Shown piece after piece: positions 1 to 10,400 of a stretch of 32,163 bases of DNA (its first letter is position 1; each line of letters begins with the position of its first letter). A model generated the notes under the pieces. It saw nothing but the letters and a program-made list of their open reading frames with translations. It had not been told where the DNA came from and made no database searches. The position numbers were made by a program, and so were the translations under genes. This DNA comes from Acutalibacteraceae bacterium (GTDB lineage: Bacteria > Bacillota > Clostridia > Oscillospirales > Acutalibacteraceae), in assembly GCA_045606925.1 (NCBI GenBank), contig JAZUSW010000072.1, positions 1 through 32,163 on the forward strand, in the 5' to 3' direction.

Positions 1-21
1 CCCGAAGGTACACTCTTTATA

Positions 22-97
22 TGGTGACCCATCGGAGATTCGAACTCCGGACACCTTGATTAAAAGTCAAGTGCTCTGCCAGCTGAGCTAATGGATC
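22..97 (-). tRNA. tRNA-Lys (anticodon UUU) with encoded CCA
   Basis: The reverse complement reads GATCCAT-TA-GCTC-AGCTGGCA-GAGC-A-CTTGA-CTTTTAA-TCAAG-GTGTC-CGGAG-TTCGAAT-CTCCG-ATGGGTC-A-CCA. This is a complete cloverleaf with a 7-bp acceptor stem (one U.G pair), a canonical GTTCGAATC T-arm and the anticodon loop CT-TTT-AA. Confidence 0.92.
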
Positions 98-114
98 AAA
101 TTTGCGACTTGTAT

Positions 115-143
115 ATTATATCAACCAAATTAAGTATTGTCAA
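115..143 (-). promoter_or_regulatory. sigma-A type promoter driving tRNA-Lys
   Basis: The minus strand reads TTGACA (143..138), 17 nt, TATAAT (120..115). Both hexamers and the spacing match consensus exactly. The -10 element ends 18 nt upstream of the mature tRNA 5' end at 97. Confidence 0.65.
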
Positions 144-164
144 TACTTTTCTTTTATATTCTTT

Positions 165-203
165 AAAAAAATTATCCACGCAAAAAATGTTTCGCGTGGA
201 TAA
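165..203 (-). terminator. intrinsic terminator after the SGNH lipoprotein gene
   Basis: The minus strand has a 10-bp stem, TTATCCACGC / GCGTGGATAA (194..203 pairs with 172..181), and a 12-nt loop. A run of 7 T follows (plus-strand A-run 165..171). It begins 8 nt after the stop codon at 211. Confidence 0.7.
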
Positions 204-210
204 CAAATTG

Positions 211-1518
211 CTATTTAGAATTCACAAGCAAACCGCCGAAAAATGTTTGCGAATCTTCCTCAAATTCTATTTTTACGGTATGGTTACCTTCGGTTAAATC
301 GTGTGCCAACATAAATACCTGTGTATGTGCGTACATCTGAAAAGCCCACGATTTTGAATTAACTGCGAGTTCTTTCCATTCACCACCATCTATCTGATAA
401 CGGAGTTTAAAGCTTTTTTTGCCACCTTTAATATCAAACAAAAAGCCCAGCGCGGTGCCGCTGAATTCACCTGTTATGGTGGCTTCGCCTGTAACATCGA
501 TACAGTTTTCCGCTAACCTTATGCTTTTTGTACCGGTAATCATTGTATCATACATATTTACCGATATTGGCTTGGCGGCAACCACCGCTTTACCCGAAAG
601 TTTGAGATTGTCGGCGGTAATTATTTTTGGACTTGTAATAAGATTTTTATAATGCGGCTGTGACAAATTCGCCTTATAATCGTAAAGCTTCCAATCCTTT
701 ACATCAAATGTCAACATTTCTTGAAGAGACGGTTTTATGGTATCAAAATACACCTGATAGCCCGCCGCACTAGGATGCAAATTATCGGCTGTGTAATAGT
801 AAGTACCGGCGGCTTCATCAACATTGCCGCACTTTTCCTTCTTGGCATTTCTTAAAGGGCGTCCAACATCGATATACGGTATATTATACTTCTCGGCAAT
901 CTCTTTATACGCCTTCATAGAATCACTTTTATAAGCAACATTTGTAGACAAAAAAACTATTTCGGCATAAGGGTTTTTGTCCCAAATATTGCGAATTAAA
1001 GACTCTATTTGAACCAGTAAATCTTCCTTTGTCTGTGTTTCGTAAATCCAATCATTTGTTGTGTACTCAATAAATATCAAATCGGGCATATCGTGTCCGT
1101 TTTCATTCATTAAAGTAGCATCCAAACGGAAAAGGCCATAGTTTGTTGCCGTGTCTGAAACACCTGCATTAACTGTCTCAATAGTAGCATCCGGATATTC
1201 TTCCTTAAACCAATTTGATATGCGATTAACATACGAAAGTGTTATATCACCTTTTTGTGAAGCAACAATTTTTGCCGCAGAACTACCTAAAGTAATAGAC
1301 CCTCCAAAATAACCTATTGTTAGCTTTTTATCACCGCTGAAAAGCAGTTTAAAGGTATTTGAAAGCTGAGTTTCAGCAGCGGCGGCGCCGTATTCCACCG
1401 TTAAGGGACCTTGCGGTTTACTGTTTTTCCCCGGCTCTTCAACATTTGTTTTTTGTACCATATTACACCCCATCAAACAAGTAGCAATAAGCAAAACCAA
1501 TGCAATTAATCTTTTCAT
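211..1518 (-). CDS. secreted SGNH/GDSL-family hydrolase lipoprotein with an uncharacterised C-terminal beta-rich domain
   Basis: I trimmed the ORF 211..1566 to the ATG at 1518 (MKRLIALVLLIATCLMGC), which follows AGGAGA. The N-terminus is a signal peptide with the lipobox L-M-G-C. The SGNH blocks are present: GGSITLG (Ser), NAGVSDT (Gly), EYTTND (Asn) and DNLHPS (Asp..His). The last ~130 aa (PKIITADNLKLSGK...GGLLVNSK) lie outside the hydrolase fold. Confidence 0.8.
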   Translation of the reverse strand: MKRLIALVLLIATCLMGCNMVQKTNVEEPGKNSKPQGPLTVEYGAAAAETQLSNTFKLLFSGDKKLTIGYFGGSITLGSSAAKIVASQKGDITLSYVNRISNWFKEEYPDATIETVNAGVSDTATNYGLFRLDATLMNENGHDMPDLIFIEYTTNDWIYETQTKEDLLVQIESLIRNIWDKNPYAEIVFLSTNVAYKSDSMKAYKEIAEKYNIPYIDVGRPLRNAKKEKCGNVDEAAGTYYYTADNLHPSAAGYQVYFDTIKPSLQEMLTFDVKDWKLYDYKANLSQPHYKNLITSPKIITADNLKLSGKAVVAAKPISVNMYDTMITGTKSIRLAENCIDVTGEATITGEFSGTALGFLFDIKGGKKSFKLRYQIDGGEWKELAVNSKSWAFQMYAHTQVFMLAHDLTEGNHTVKIEFEEDSQTFFGGLLVNSK

Positions 1519-1546
1519 TATGCTTTTTCTCCTTATTTTTAAGGTA

Positions 1547-1575
1547 ATATTAACACACCTGTTCACTCTTTACAA
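1547..1575 (-). promoter_or_regulatory. candidate promoter of the SGNH lipoprotein gene
   Basis: The minus strand reads TTGTAA (1575..1570), 17 nt, TAATAT (1552..1547), with a TG at the extended -10 position. It lies between the leuS terminator hairpin and the RBS. Hexamer matches are only moderate. Confidence 0.3.
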
Positions 1576-1597
1576 CCAACAATTTTGCATAAAGAAC

Positions 1598-1619
1598 CCG
1601 AACAAACAGCGTTGTTCGG
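1598..1619 (-). terminator. candidate terminator after leuS
   Basis: An 8-bp stem, CCGAACAA / TTGTTCGG, with a 6-nt loop sits 22 nt after the leuS stop. On the minus strand it is followed by GTTCTTTAT, which is only a weak U-tract. Confidence 0.35.
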
Positions 1620-1640
1620 AACGCTCACTTAGGGCTCCTT

Positions 1641-4049
1641 CTATTTAACTACAATGTTTACAAGTTTTTTAGGAACATAAAGTTCTTTAATAACGGCCTT
1701 GCCGTCAATTTCTTTTGCAACATTTCCATCCTGTTTTGCAAATGCTATGGCATCGGCAGCCGAAATATCAGCAGCCACATTTATACGCGCACGAATTTTT
1801 CCGTTTACCTGTATTGCAATCTCAACTGCCGAATCCACACACTTGGATTCATCAAATACAGGCCAGTTTGTCGCATTGAGTTGACCTTCAAAACCTGCAT
1901 TTACCCACATTTCTTCGGTAATATGCGGAGCGAAGGGATTAAGAAGAATAATAAGTGTTTTAAACTCATCACGCGTAATCTTTCCACTTGCGGCTATATT
2001 GTTAAGAAGCGCCATCAATGCCGCAATCGCAGTATTCATTTTAAGCTCTTCTATATCCTCGGTAACCTTTTTAATGGTACGATGCATTTCGCTTTCAAGC
2101 TCCTTGCGATAGCCCGATTCATCGGTCATAATATCGGCTAACGCCCAAATTCTTTCAAGGAAACGCTTACATCCCTTTATTGATGCCGAGCTCCACGGTG
2201 CCGCCTTTTCAAAATCGCCTATAAACATCTCATAAAGGCGCATTGTATCGGCGCCGTAATCTCTGACAATCTCATCCGGATTTACGACATTACCACGCGA
2301 TTTAGACATTTTTTCGCCGTTTTCACCGAGTATCATACCGTGGCTTGTGCGCTTTGCATACGGTTCCGCATTCGGTACTACGCCTATATCATAAAGGAAT
2401 TTATGCCAAAAACGGCTATACAAAAGGTGAAGGGTTGTATGCTCCATACCGCCGTTGTACCAGTCAACAGGTCCCCAGTATTCGAGCGCCTCTTTTGAAG
2501 CTAACGCATCGTTATTATGCGGGTCACAGTAGCGCAAGAAATACCAAGAAGAACCCGCCCATTGCGGCATTGTATCGGTTTCACGAAGCGCTGCACCGCC
2601 GCAAACAGGACAAGTAGTATTTACCCAATCGGTAATCTTAGCAAGTGGTGACTCGCCTGTATCGGTCGGCTCATAAGAATCAACATTAGGTAACAAAAGC
2701 GGTAACTCGCTCTCGGGAATCGGTACATAGCCACACTTTGAGCAGTTAACCATAGGAATCGGCTCACCCCAATAGCGTTGGCGCGAGAACACCCAGTCAC
2801 GAAGCTTATAGTTTATCTTTTTCTCACCCAAATTTCTTTCAATCAACCACTCGGCAATCTTAACTTTGGCATCATCAACCGATAAACCGTTTAAGAAACC
2901 TGAATTTACCATAATGCCCTTGTCGCAATCGGTGTATGCGGCTTTTGTTACATCACCGCCGGCTACAACCTCTATTATTGGCAAACCGAATTTTGTTGCA
3001 AATTCCCAGTCGCGTTGGTCGTGTCCGGGAACGCCCATAACACAACCTGTACCGTAAGAAATAAGCACATAGTCGGATACAAAAATCGGTATTTCGGTAT
3101 CATTTACAGGGTTAATTGCCATAACCCCATCTAATTTTACACCGGTTTTATCCTTGGCAAGTTCTGTTCTTTCAAAATCGGATTTTTTAGCCGATGCCGC
3201 TTGATATTCGCGCACGGCATCAATATTTTTAATGCTATTCGCCCACTTTTCAATAATCGGATGCTCGGGAGAAATAACAACATAGGTTACACCAAAAAGT
3301 GTATCTGCGCGTGTTGAATAAACCTCGAATCCATCACCCAAGGTTGTAGCAAATTTAATTTGAGTGCCTTCTGAGCGGCCTATCCAGTTGCGTTGTTGTG
3401 TTTTAACACGGTCAATAAAGTTTACTTCATTAAGTCCGTCAAGGAGTTTACCTGCATAGTCGGTAATTTTCAGCATCCACTGACTTTTAACCTTATGTAC
3501 AACCTCACTGCCGCAGCGCTCACAACCGCCGTTTACTACCTCTTCGTTAGCAAGTACACACTTACACGAAGTACACCAGTTTACCGACATTTCTTTTTTA
3601 TATGCCAAGCCGTGCTTGTAAAGTTGCAAAAATATCCACTGTGTCCACTTATAATATTCGGGGTCGGTAGTGTTTATTTCCCTACTCCAATCAAATGAGA
3701 ACCCAAGAGATTTTAACTGCTCTTTAAAATGGGCAATATTATCCCTTGTTACTATTTCGGGATGAATATGGTTCTTTATCGCATAGTTTTCGGTGGGCAA
3801 GCCAAAAGCATCCCAACCCATAGGATAGAGAACATTATAGCCCTGTAAACGCTTTTTACGGGCAACTATATCAAGCGCTGTATATGAACGCGGATGACCT
3901 ACGTGAAGGCCCTGACCCGATGGATAAGGAAACTCTACAAGGCCGAAAAATTTAGGTTTTGAATAGTCTTCACCAACCTTAAATGTTTCCTGTGTATCCC
4001 ATATTTTTTGCCATTTCTTTTCGATTTCAGTGTAATTATACTTTGCCAT
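1641..4049 (-). CDS. leuS: leucine--tRNA ligase
   Basis: 802 aa. The HIGH motif is present ([10 protein letters not shown]), as is KMSKS ([10 protein letters not shown]), along with a CP1 editing-domain region and Cys clusters. The N-terminus, [17 protein letters not shown], is typical. AGGAGAAG precedes the ATG. Confidence 0.97.
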   Translation of the reverse strand: MAKYNYTEIEKKWQKIWDTQETFKVGEDYSKPKFFGLVEFPYPSGQGLHVGHPRSYTALDIVARKKRLQGYNVLYPMGWDAFGLPTENYAIKNHIHPEIVTRDNIAHFKEQLKSLGFSFDWSREINTTDPEYYKWTQWIFLQLYKHGLAYKKEMSVNWCTSCKCVLANEEVVNGGCERCGSEVVHKVKSQWMLKITDYAGKLLDGLNEVNFIDRVKTQQRNWIGRSEGTQIKFATTLGDGFEVYSTRADTLFGVTYVVISPEHPIIEKWANSIKNIDAVREYQAASAKKSDFERTELAKDKTGVKLDGVMAINPVNDTEIPIFVSDYVLISYGTGCVMGVPGHDQRDWEFATKFGLPIIEVVAGGDVTKAAYTDCDKGIMVNSGFLNGLSVDDAKVKIAEWLIERNLGEKKINYKLRDWVFSRQRYWGEPIPMVNCSKCGYVPIPESELPLLLPNVDSYEPTDTGESPLAKITDWVNTTCPVCGGAALRETDTMPQWAGSSWYFLRYCDPHNNDALASKEALEYWGPVDWYNGGMEHTTLHLLYSRFWHKFLYDIGVVPNAEPYAKRTSHGMILGENGEKMSKSRGNVVNPDEIVRDYGADTMRLYEMFIGDFEKAAPWSSASIKGCKRFLERIWALADIMTDESGYRKELESEMHRTIKKVTEDIEELKMNTAIAALMALLNNIAASGKITRDEFKTLIILLNPFAPHITEEMWVNAGFEGQLNATNWPVFDESKCVDSAVEIAIQVNGKIRARINVAADISAADAIAFAKQDGNVAKEIDGKAVIKELYVPKKLVNIVVK

Positions 4050-4051
4050 TT

Positions 4052-4417
4052 TTACTTCTCCTGTTCGCTAACTAAGATACTTTCAAGGTCAATAGGGGTG
4101 CCATCTGCCCACATTTTATCAAGATTATAAAATTCTCTTGCTTCGCGGCTGAAAACGTGAACAATCACGCCCTCATAGTCAAGCAACACCCAACCTGTAG
4201 ATTTTCCTTCTATATGGTGTGGCTCTACACCCTGCTCGGCCAGTTTAAATTCCACCTCATCAGCAAGTGCCCTGACATGTGTTGAGGATGTAGCGGTTGC
4301 GAGTAAAAAATACTCGGTGAGCACCGTTAAATCGTCTATTTTAAGTGCCGCTAAATTTGTCGCCTTTTTATCGTTTAATGCGTTTGCCGCAATATTTAAA
4401 ATTTTAACAGATTCCAT
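4052..4417 (-). CDS. rsfS: ribosome silencing factor RsfS (iojap family)
   Basis: 121 aa. The family core [26 protein letters not shown] is present. The gene holds the conserved position after nadD-yqeK. Confidence 0.9.
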   Translation of the reverse strand: MESVKILNIAANALNDKKATNLAALKIDDLTVLTEYFLLATATSSTHVRALADEVEFKLAEQGVEPHHIEGKSTGWVLLDYEGVIVHVFSREAREFYNLDKMWADGTPIDLESILVSEQEK

Positions 4418-4984
4418 TTATTTACCCCTTTTCATTATGTCATTATACGCCATAAAAGTGTCCGAATGTATTTGGCAACGCTTTTCCACCAACTCGTTAA
4501 TGGTATAAGAAAGCGCATATTCCATCGCTTCTTCCATAGATTTATCTACCTTTTCGCGCATAACGTCAACATCCGGATAATCACGGTCCGCGGATGTGAA
4601 ATCGGCAAGATACAAAATCTTTTCAAATGTTGTCATACCTGCCTTTGCCGTTGTGTGATAACGCACCGCACTTAATATCTGGCTATCCGTAATTTTTAGA
4701 ACATTCTCTATATATCCTGCGCCGGTTACTGCATGCCATAATTTTTCGCTGTTTTTGGTTATTTCGTCAAGCATTATACCAAACCGACTAAAAAAATGCA
4801 ACTGTTGTTCTTTGGAAGCCGTTTTGGTTATATCGTGCAAAAGACCCGCAAGATACGCTTTTTCGCAGTCGGCGCCGTATTTTAGTGCCAGGCGTTTTGC
4901 TTCTTGCGCCACACAAAGTGAGTGTATATATCTTTTCTCGGTAAGGCGCTCTCGCAGAATTTCCTTAATTTTTTCGTAATCCAT
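4418..4984 (-). CDS. yqeK: HD-domain phosphohydrolase YqeK (bis(5'-nucleosyl)-tetraphosphatase type)
   Basis: 188 aa. The HD motifs are HSLCVAQEA and LLHDITK. It lies directly downstream of nadD with no gap, which is the canonical nadD-yqeK pairing. Confidence 0.88.
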   Translation of the reverse strand: MDYEKIKEILRERLTEKRYIHSLCVAQEAKRLALKYGADCEKAYLAGLLHDITKTASKEQQLHFFSRFGIMLDEITKNSEKLWHAVTGAGYIENVLKITDSQILSAVRYHTTAKAGMTTFEKILYLADFTSADRDYPDVDVMREKVDKSMEEAMEYALSYTINELVEKRCQIHSDTFMAYNDIMKRGK

Positions 4985-5590
4985 TTATCTGTCTCCGTAT
5001 AAATCATTGTCTCTTATATACTCTAACACGCATTTTGGCAAATATTTTAAGAGATATTCATCATTATTGATATTTTGCCTGATTTCGGTTGAAGATACAC
5101 CCATAATATGACTTTTAAGAACATTTATTACCGCGCCCTCGTTTATCAAGTCGCGCACTGCCTCATCAAACTGTGCATTATCAATACCCACACGGCGAAT
5201 AGCGATAATTTCGGTGCTTTTAATTATTTCCCTATACTTATACCATTCTTTAAATGTAACAATCATATCGCCGCCGCAAACCAGCGCAAACTGTTCTTGC
5301 GGGTTGTTACTGCGAAGATGGCGCAATGTATCATAGGTATAACTCCTGCCGCCGCGAAGAAGCTCGGCATCGCTTACCACAACATTTTCTACACCGCTAA
5401 GCGCCAATTTACACATTTCAAGACGGTCGGCATCACAAGCCAGATTGTCACTGATTTTGTGTGGCGGTGTAGCTGTTGGCATAACTAATACCTGTTTTGT
5501 TGTAGGCAATGCCAACACATTTTGTACTATTTCTAAATGAGCGTAATGTATGGGGTTGAATGTTCCCCCGAAAATAACAGTTTTTTTCAT
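4985..5590 (-). CDS. nadD: nicotinate-nucleotide adenylyltransferase
   Basis: 201 aa. The nucleotidyltransferase motif GGTFNPIHYAHL is at the N-terminus and the SSTEIR motif at the C-terminus. Confidence 0.93.
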   Translation of the reverse strand: MKKTVIFGGTFNPIHYAHLEIVQNVLALPTTKQVLVMPTATPPHKISDNLACDADRLEMCKLALSGVENVVVSDAELLRGGRSYTYDTLRHLRSNNPQEQFALVCGGDMIVTFKEWYKYREIIKSTEIIAIRRVGIDNAQFDEAVRDLINEGAVINVLKSHIMGVSSTEIRQNINNDEYLLKYLPKCVLEYIRDNDLYGDR

Positions 5591-5591
5591 A

Positions 5592-5885
5592 CTATTTTAC
5601 AAGATAAATTTGTTTATTATCTTTGCTTTCTCTGTAAAGTACTATCTTTGTTCCGATAACCTGTACAACATCGGCGCTTATTTTTTCAGCGATTTGGTCA
5701 GCACTCTCGCGTGAAGACAAGGGGGATGTTTCGAGTGTGCGGATTTTTATAAGCTCACGAGCCGTCAAAGCATCATCAATTTGCTTAAAGGTTTGCTCGG
5801 TTATACCGCCCTTACCTATTTGCAAAATCGTATCCATTGTATTTGCCATACCGCGAAGTTGTGCTCTTTGTTTGCTTGTTAACAT
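5592..5885 (-). CDS. yhbY: YhbY/CRM-domain RNA-binding protein
   Basis: I trimmed the ORF to the ATG at 5885 (MLTSKQRAQLRG...). AGGTGA sits 5 nt upstream. The GKGGIT motif and ELIKIR are typical of the YhbY (YqeI) family. Confidence 0.85.
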   Translation of the reverse strand: MLTSKQRAQLRGMANTMDTILQIGKGGITEQTFKQIDDALTARELIKIRTLETSPLSSRESADQIAEKISADVVQVIGTKIVLYRESKDNKQIYLVK

Positions 5886-5896
5886 CTTTATCACCT

Positions 5897-6484
5897 TTAA
5901 ATGTACTTTTTAATTTCTTCTTTGAATTTTGCTATTGCTCTTGCCCTATGGCTGACGGCATTTTTAACCTCTGGCGGTACAACACCAAAGCAACCGTACT
6001 CGGTTACAAAAAGCGGGTCATAACCAAAGCCGCCGTCTCCGTTTGGCTTTGTATCAATTATACCTTCTACCGCGCCCTCTACAGTAAATTCCCTGCCGTC
6101 AGGGAAAACACAGGCGATTGCCGACACAAAACGGGCTGTGCGTTTTTCGTGCGGTACGCCTTCCAACTCCTTTAAAAGTTTTTGATTATTGGCATTGTCA
6201 TCTCCGTGTTCACCCGCATAACGCGCCGAATATATACCGGGGGCGCCGTTTAAATAATCAACACAAAGTCCCGAATCATCGGCGATAGACGGCATACCTG
6301 TAAACCTGCATCCCTCTCGTGCCTTTATAAGCGCATTTTCACAAAAAGTAGTACCCGTTTCATCCGCCTCGGGAAGCGACTCGGCAAGGTCTTTTTCGCC
6401 GCAGATTGATATACTGCTACCCTCGAAAATTTTGGCAAATTCCCCTAACTTGTGAGCGTTTTTTGTAGCTACGAAAAATTTCAT
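5897..6484 (-). CDS. rdgB: non-canonical purine NTP pyrophosphatase (RdgB/HAM1 family)
   Basis: I trimmed the ORF to the ATG at 6484 (MKFFVATKNAHKLGEF), which follows GAGGAAAA. This removes the overlap with ftsY. The conserved GFGYDPLF and SHRARA motifs are present. Confidence 0.9.
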   Translation of the reverse strand: MKFFVATKNAHKLGEFAKIFEGSSISICGEKDLAESLPEADETGTTFCENALIKAREGCRFTGMPSIADDSGLCVDYLNGAPGIYSARYAGEHGDDNANNQKLLKELEGVPHEKRTARFVSAIACVFPDGREFTVEGAVEGIIDTKPNGDGGFGYDPLFVTEYGCFGVVPPEVKNAVSHRARAIAKFKEEIKKYI

Positions 6485-6485
6485 T

Positions 6486-7400
6486 TTAGTTTTCCTCATC
6501 AAATAAACTGTTTGCAAATTCTATACTGTCAAAGGGTTGCAAATCATCAATGCCCTCACCCACGCCAACATACTTTACGGGTATTGAAAGTTCATTGTTG
6601 ATTGAAATTACAATGCCGCCCTTAGCGGTACCGTCAAGTTTTGTGAGCACTATACCCGTAACATCGGTGACCTTGCTGAATTCCCGTGCTTGATTTACTG
6701 CATTTTGACCTGTTGATGCATCTAAAACCAACAGTGTTTCTTTATTTGCATCGGGTAACTCGCGATTTATTACACGGTTCATTTTTGCAAGTTCATCCAT
6801 TAAATTTTTCTTGTTATGGAGGCGACCTGCCGTATCACAAATAATTACATCGGCGCGGCGTGATTTTGCCGAAGCAATAGTATCAAACACAACTGAGGCA
6901 GGGTCGGTACCTGCAATACTGCTTACAATATGGGTATTGCTGCGGTTTGCCCACTCTGTGAGTTGCTCAATAGCGGCGGCACGGAATGTATCGGCAGCGC
7001 CAAGAACCACATTTTTGCCTTGCTTTTTTAGTAGTGATGCAAGTTTACCGATGGTTGTGGTTTTGCCTACACCGTTGACACCGATAACCATTATAATTGA
7101 AGGCGATGTGCTGATATCAAGGGCGCTATCTCCCTTTAACATATCGGCAATAATCTCTTTCATAGAGTCCTTTATAACGGTAGGGTCGGTAATGCCTTCT
7201 GCCTTAATTTTTGCGCGTAGTTTATCGCAAATATCGGTAGCCGTAGCAACACCTATATCCGAAGTTATAAGTATCTCTTCAAGCTCACTGAACAGTTCTT
7301 CATCAATTTTTGTGAAACTGTTTACAACTGCATTTATATTATTTACGAGTGCGTTGCGGGTTTTTGCCAACCCGCTTTTAATTTTACTGAAAAAGCCCAT
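6486..7400 (-). CDS. ftsY: signal recognition particle receptor FtsY
   Basis: 304 aa. The SRP-GTPase motifs are GVNGVGKTTTIGKLA, DTAGRLH and TKLDGTAKGG. The start overlaps the smc stop by 1 nt (TAATG). Confidence 0.96.
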   Translation of the reverse strand: MGFFSKIKSGLAKTRNALVNNINAVVNSFTKIDEELFSELEEILITSDIGVATATDICDKLRAKIKAEGITDPTVIKDSMKEIIADMLKGDSALDISTSPSIIMVIGVNGVGKTTTIGKLASLLKKQGKNVVLGAADTFRAAAIEQLTEWANRSNTHIVSSIAGTDPASVVFDTIASAKSRRADVIICDTAGRLHNKKNLMDELAKMNRVINRELPDANKETLLVLDASTGQNAVNQAREFSKVTDVTGIVLTKLDGTAKGGIVISINNELSIPVKYVGVGEGIDDLQPFDSIEFANSLFDEEN

Positions 7401-10400
7401 TATAGCTCTCCCTTTAAAAGTTTTTTCTCAAGTTCCGACACATTAAGTTCAAGGAGTTTTGTAACACCCTTTTCCTGCATTGTAACACCGTAAAGCATAT
7501 CAGCCGCTTCCATAGTACCGCGGCGGTGTGTTACGCAAATAAACTGTGTTGCAAAATCGGATTTTCTCATATACTGTGCAAATCTCTCAACATTTATATC
7601 GTCAAGTGCAGTATCAACCTCATCCAAGAAGCAGAAAGGCGGAGCATTAACATTCATAATTGCAAAGTAGATAGAAAGTGCAACCAGCGCCTTTTCACCG
7701 CCCGAAAGTCCATCAAGACTCGGCACATTTTTACCCGGCAATTTGGCATTAATATCGATGCCGCTTTCCAGTATGTTATCAGGGTCGGTAAGCACAAGCT
7801 GAGCACTGCCGCCGCCGAAAAGCTCGGTGAAGGTCTTGGAGAAACACTCGTTTATACGGTTAAATCCGATTACAAACATCTCTTGCATTTGTGAAGTTAA
7901 CTGATTGATAAGTTTATTGAGTTCTGACCTTGAACGCTCAACATCATCAATTTGTTCCTTCATAAAGTTATAGCGTTCGCTAACCTCTTTATATTCCTCA
8001 ATAGCCGAAACATTAACATTGCCAAGATTTTTAATTTTATTCTTGGTTTCGGTAAGCTGGCGTTTTGCGTCGGAGGGATTTTCTATTGTTATGCCCATAT
8101 TTTCGGCATCACTTCTGGTTAGCCCGTACTCATCAAACAACTGCCTTATTACATTGTCATACTCTTCGAGCATAGTGGCTCTACGCTCGGTAAGACGGGC
8201 AAGTTCGCCACCGATTTTTTCACGCTCTAAGGTTTTATCTCGCTCATCCGTGCGCATTTCGGTGGTTTGTTTTTCAAGGTCATTACGCTGTAAAGTAAAT
8301 TCACCGATTTCGTTTTCGTAAAGGGTGATATTTTTCTTAATTTCCTCGATTGCCACCTGAATATTTGTAATATCACTTTTCTTTGCATCGTTTTGTTTGG
8401 TAAACTCGGCAATTTCGCCCAAAATTTCGTTAATTCTTGTTTCGCGGTTATTAAGGGCCTGCTCAATAGATGCTGCACTTAAAACGAGAGTTTCCTTATC
8501 CTTTGATGCCTCAATTACATTAAGTTTAAGGGCGGTGATTTTTTCGGTAATCTCATCGCGTTTTACCGAAATATCATCTCTGCCGCCGACGGTTGCCTCA
8601 ATTTTACCCTGTATTTTTGCTTTTTCAAGTTCCAACTCGGTAATTATTTTATCTGCATTCTCCGCCGAAATTCTCAAAGCATTTTTCTTCTCTTCACCCA
8701 ATGCCTTTTCGGTATTGTATTGCTCAAGCAACTGCTCTGCGGCAAGACGAATATCACCGATGCGTTTAAGCTCGGCAACGGCTCTTATCTTATCTTCGGT
8801 AGCGGTTTTAAGCACATCACGCGCCGACAAAATATCGGCTTCCACCTTGGCTAATTCTTCGCTCGAAAGATTGTATTCGTTCTCTATTCTTGCGGCTTTA
8901 TCATTGAGTTTACCGATGTCGGAATTGATACGCTTAATATCTTCTTTTCGGCTTAAAAGTCCTGCATTTTTAATAAGAGAACCGCCTGTTAACGAGCCAC
9001 CTGCATTTATAACCTGTCCATCCAATGATACCACCTTAAAGTGATAATTGAACTTTTTGGCAAGTGTGGCGGCCGAATCAATATCTTCTGTTACCACAAC
9101 TGCGCCAAGCAAATAGCGGATAATTTCACGGTATTTTGACTCGCAATCAATCAAATCGGCAGCAATGCCAACAAAGCCGAAAACATTTTCATATCCTTTT
9201 TCGGTAAACTCACGCGCTTTTATTGATGAAATCGGTAAAAATGTAGCGCGTCCCGCATTACTTTCTTTAAGTTTGCCGATAGCCCGTTTTGCATCGGATT
9301 CGGTTTCAACAACTATGTTTTGAAGAGCATTACCAAGCGCAGTTTCAACTGCTACGGCATACTCTTTTTTAACATTTATAATGCCTGCAACGGGACCGTG
9401 TACACCACGCAAAATCCCACTCTTTGCATCTTCCATTACCGATTTTACCGAGTGCGTAAAGCCCTCCATATTCTTTTCAAGGTCTTGTAAAATCTGAATA
9501 CGGCGTTTCTTTGCCTCAATATCTAAGCGCACATTATCCAAATCGGTTTTTAAGGTATCAACCTTTTCCTTGCGCGTTGCAAAACGCAGTTCATAGCCCT
9601 TTAAGGCATTTTCGCACTCTTTTATATTATCATCAAGGTCTGCAACCCATTTCTCATTCTCGGAAAACTCGTTATCAAGTGCCGTTTTTTCGGCTGATTT
9701 TTCGACAATTAATTTATCCAAGCCCTCGGCTCTTTGATTGATTTCATCAATAGCCGAAAGGGATGTTAATTTTGTAACGCGCTTATCCGAGCAGGATACC
9801 GATATTTCATTTAATTTTTGCGATAATTCTTCAATAACTTTTGAAAACTTTTCGCTATCGGTTAAAAGGCCGTTAAGGGTGCGCTCGGCCTCTATCAAAT
9901 CGTTATTGAGTTTATCTATTTCCGATTGTTTAAGCTCGGCGGCATCAAGATTTGCCTTAATTTGTGCCTTTGCCTCGTTATCCGAGTTTTTAAGACTCTC
10001 TATTTCACCGTTTAAACGCTCAATAGATACATTGTTATGTAGAATATCGTTCTCAACTACCGATATGCTACCCGTAAGTGTTGCTGCCTGTTCGCCGAGA
10101 CGGGCAATTTCCTGGCGCTTTTGGTCGATTTTAACCGATAATTCGGACGACAATTCGGCATTTTTTTCGGTTGTTTCATAAAACTCGGCAAGATTTTCTT
10201 CTATCTCTTTATACATAACCTCGCATGCGGTAATTTTGCTTTCGTGATTACGCAGCGCCTCTTTAAAATTGTCAAGAGAATAAAGCCAAAGACCTATTTC
10301 AAGTTCCTTTTTGGTATCGGCAAGTTCTAAGAATTTTTGCGCCTTGCGGCTTTGTTCTTCAAGAGGGCCTACACGAGACTCTAGTTCCTGCATAATATCG

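Noticed and set aside
1-21. The window-edge sequence, reading GTGTACC-TTCG-GG... on the minus strand just after the tRNA, could be the first half of a UUCG-tetraloop hairpin (a tRNA terminator) or the start of another RNA gene.
   Set aside because: It is truncated by the window edge, so the 3' arm cannot be seen and no call is possible.
91-297. A 68-aa plus-strand ORF starting at the tRNA 5' end.
   Set aside because: It overlaps the tRNA, its promoter, the terminator hairpin and the 3' end of the SGNH gene. It has no SD and an implausible sequence.
22-1518. The tRNA-Lys-adjacent SGNH gene considered as the remnant of an integrated island.
   Set aside because: No integrase is present, I could not spot a direct repeat of the tRNA 3' end, and there is only a single cargo gene. 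The tRNA has its own consensus promoter and looks native.
6811-7446. A 211-aa plus-strand ORF opposite ftsY.
   Set aside because: It is antisense to a gene with clear SRP-GTPase motifs. Its composition is low-complexity (S/A/I/L), it has no translation signals, and it spans the ftsY/smc junction.
8019-10181. Several long plus-strand ORFs opposite smc (8019..8321, 8397..9044 at 215 aa, 9738..10181).
   Set aside because: They lie entirely inside the smc coiled-coil region. They are Ser/Leu/Ile-rich low-complexity mirror images of Glu/Lys/Leu-rich codons. They have no SD or promoter, and smc itself is unambiguous.
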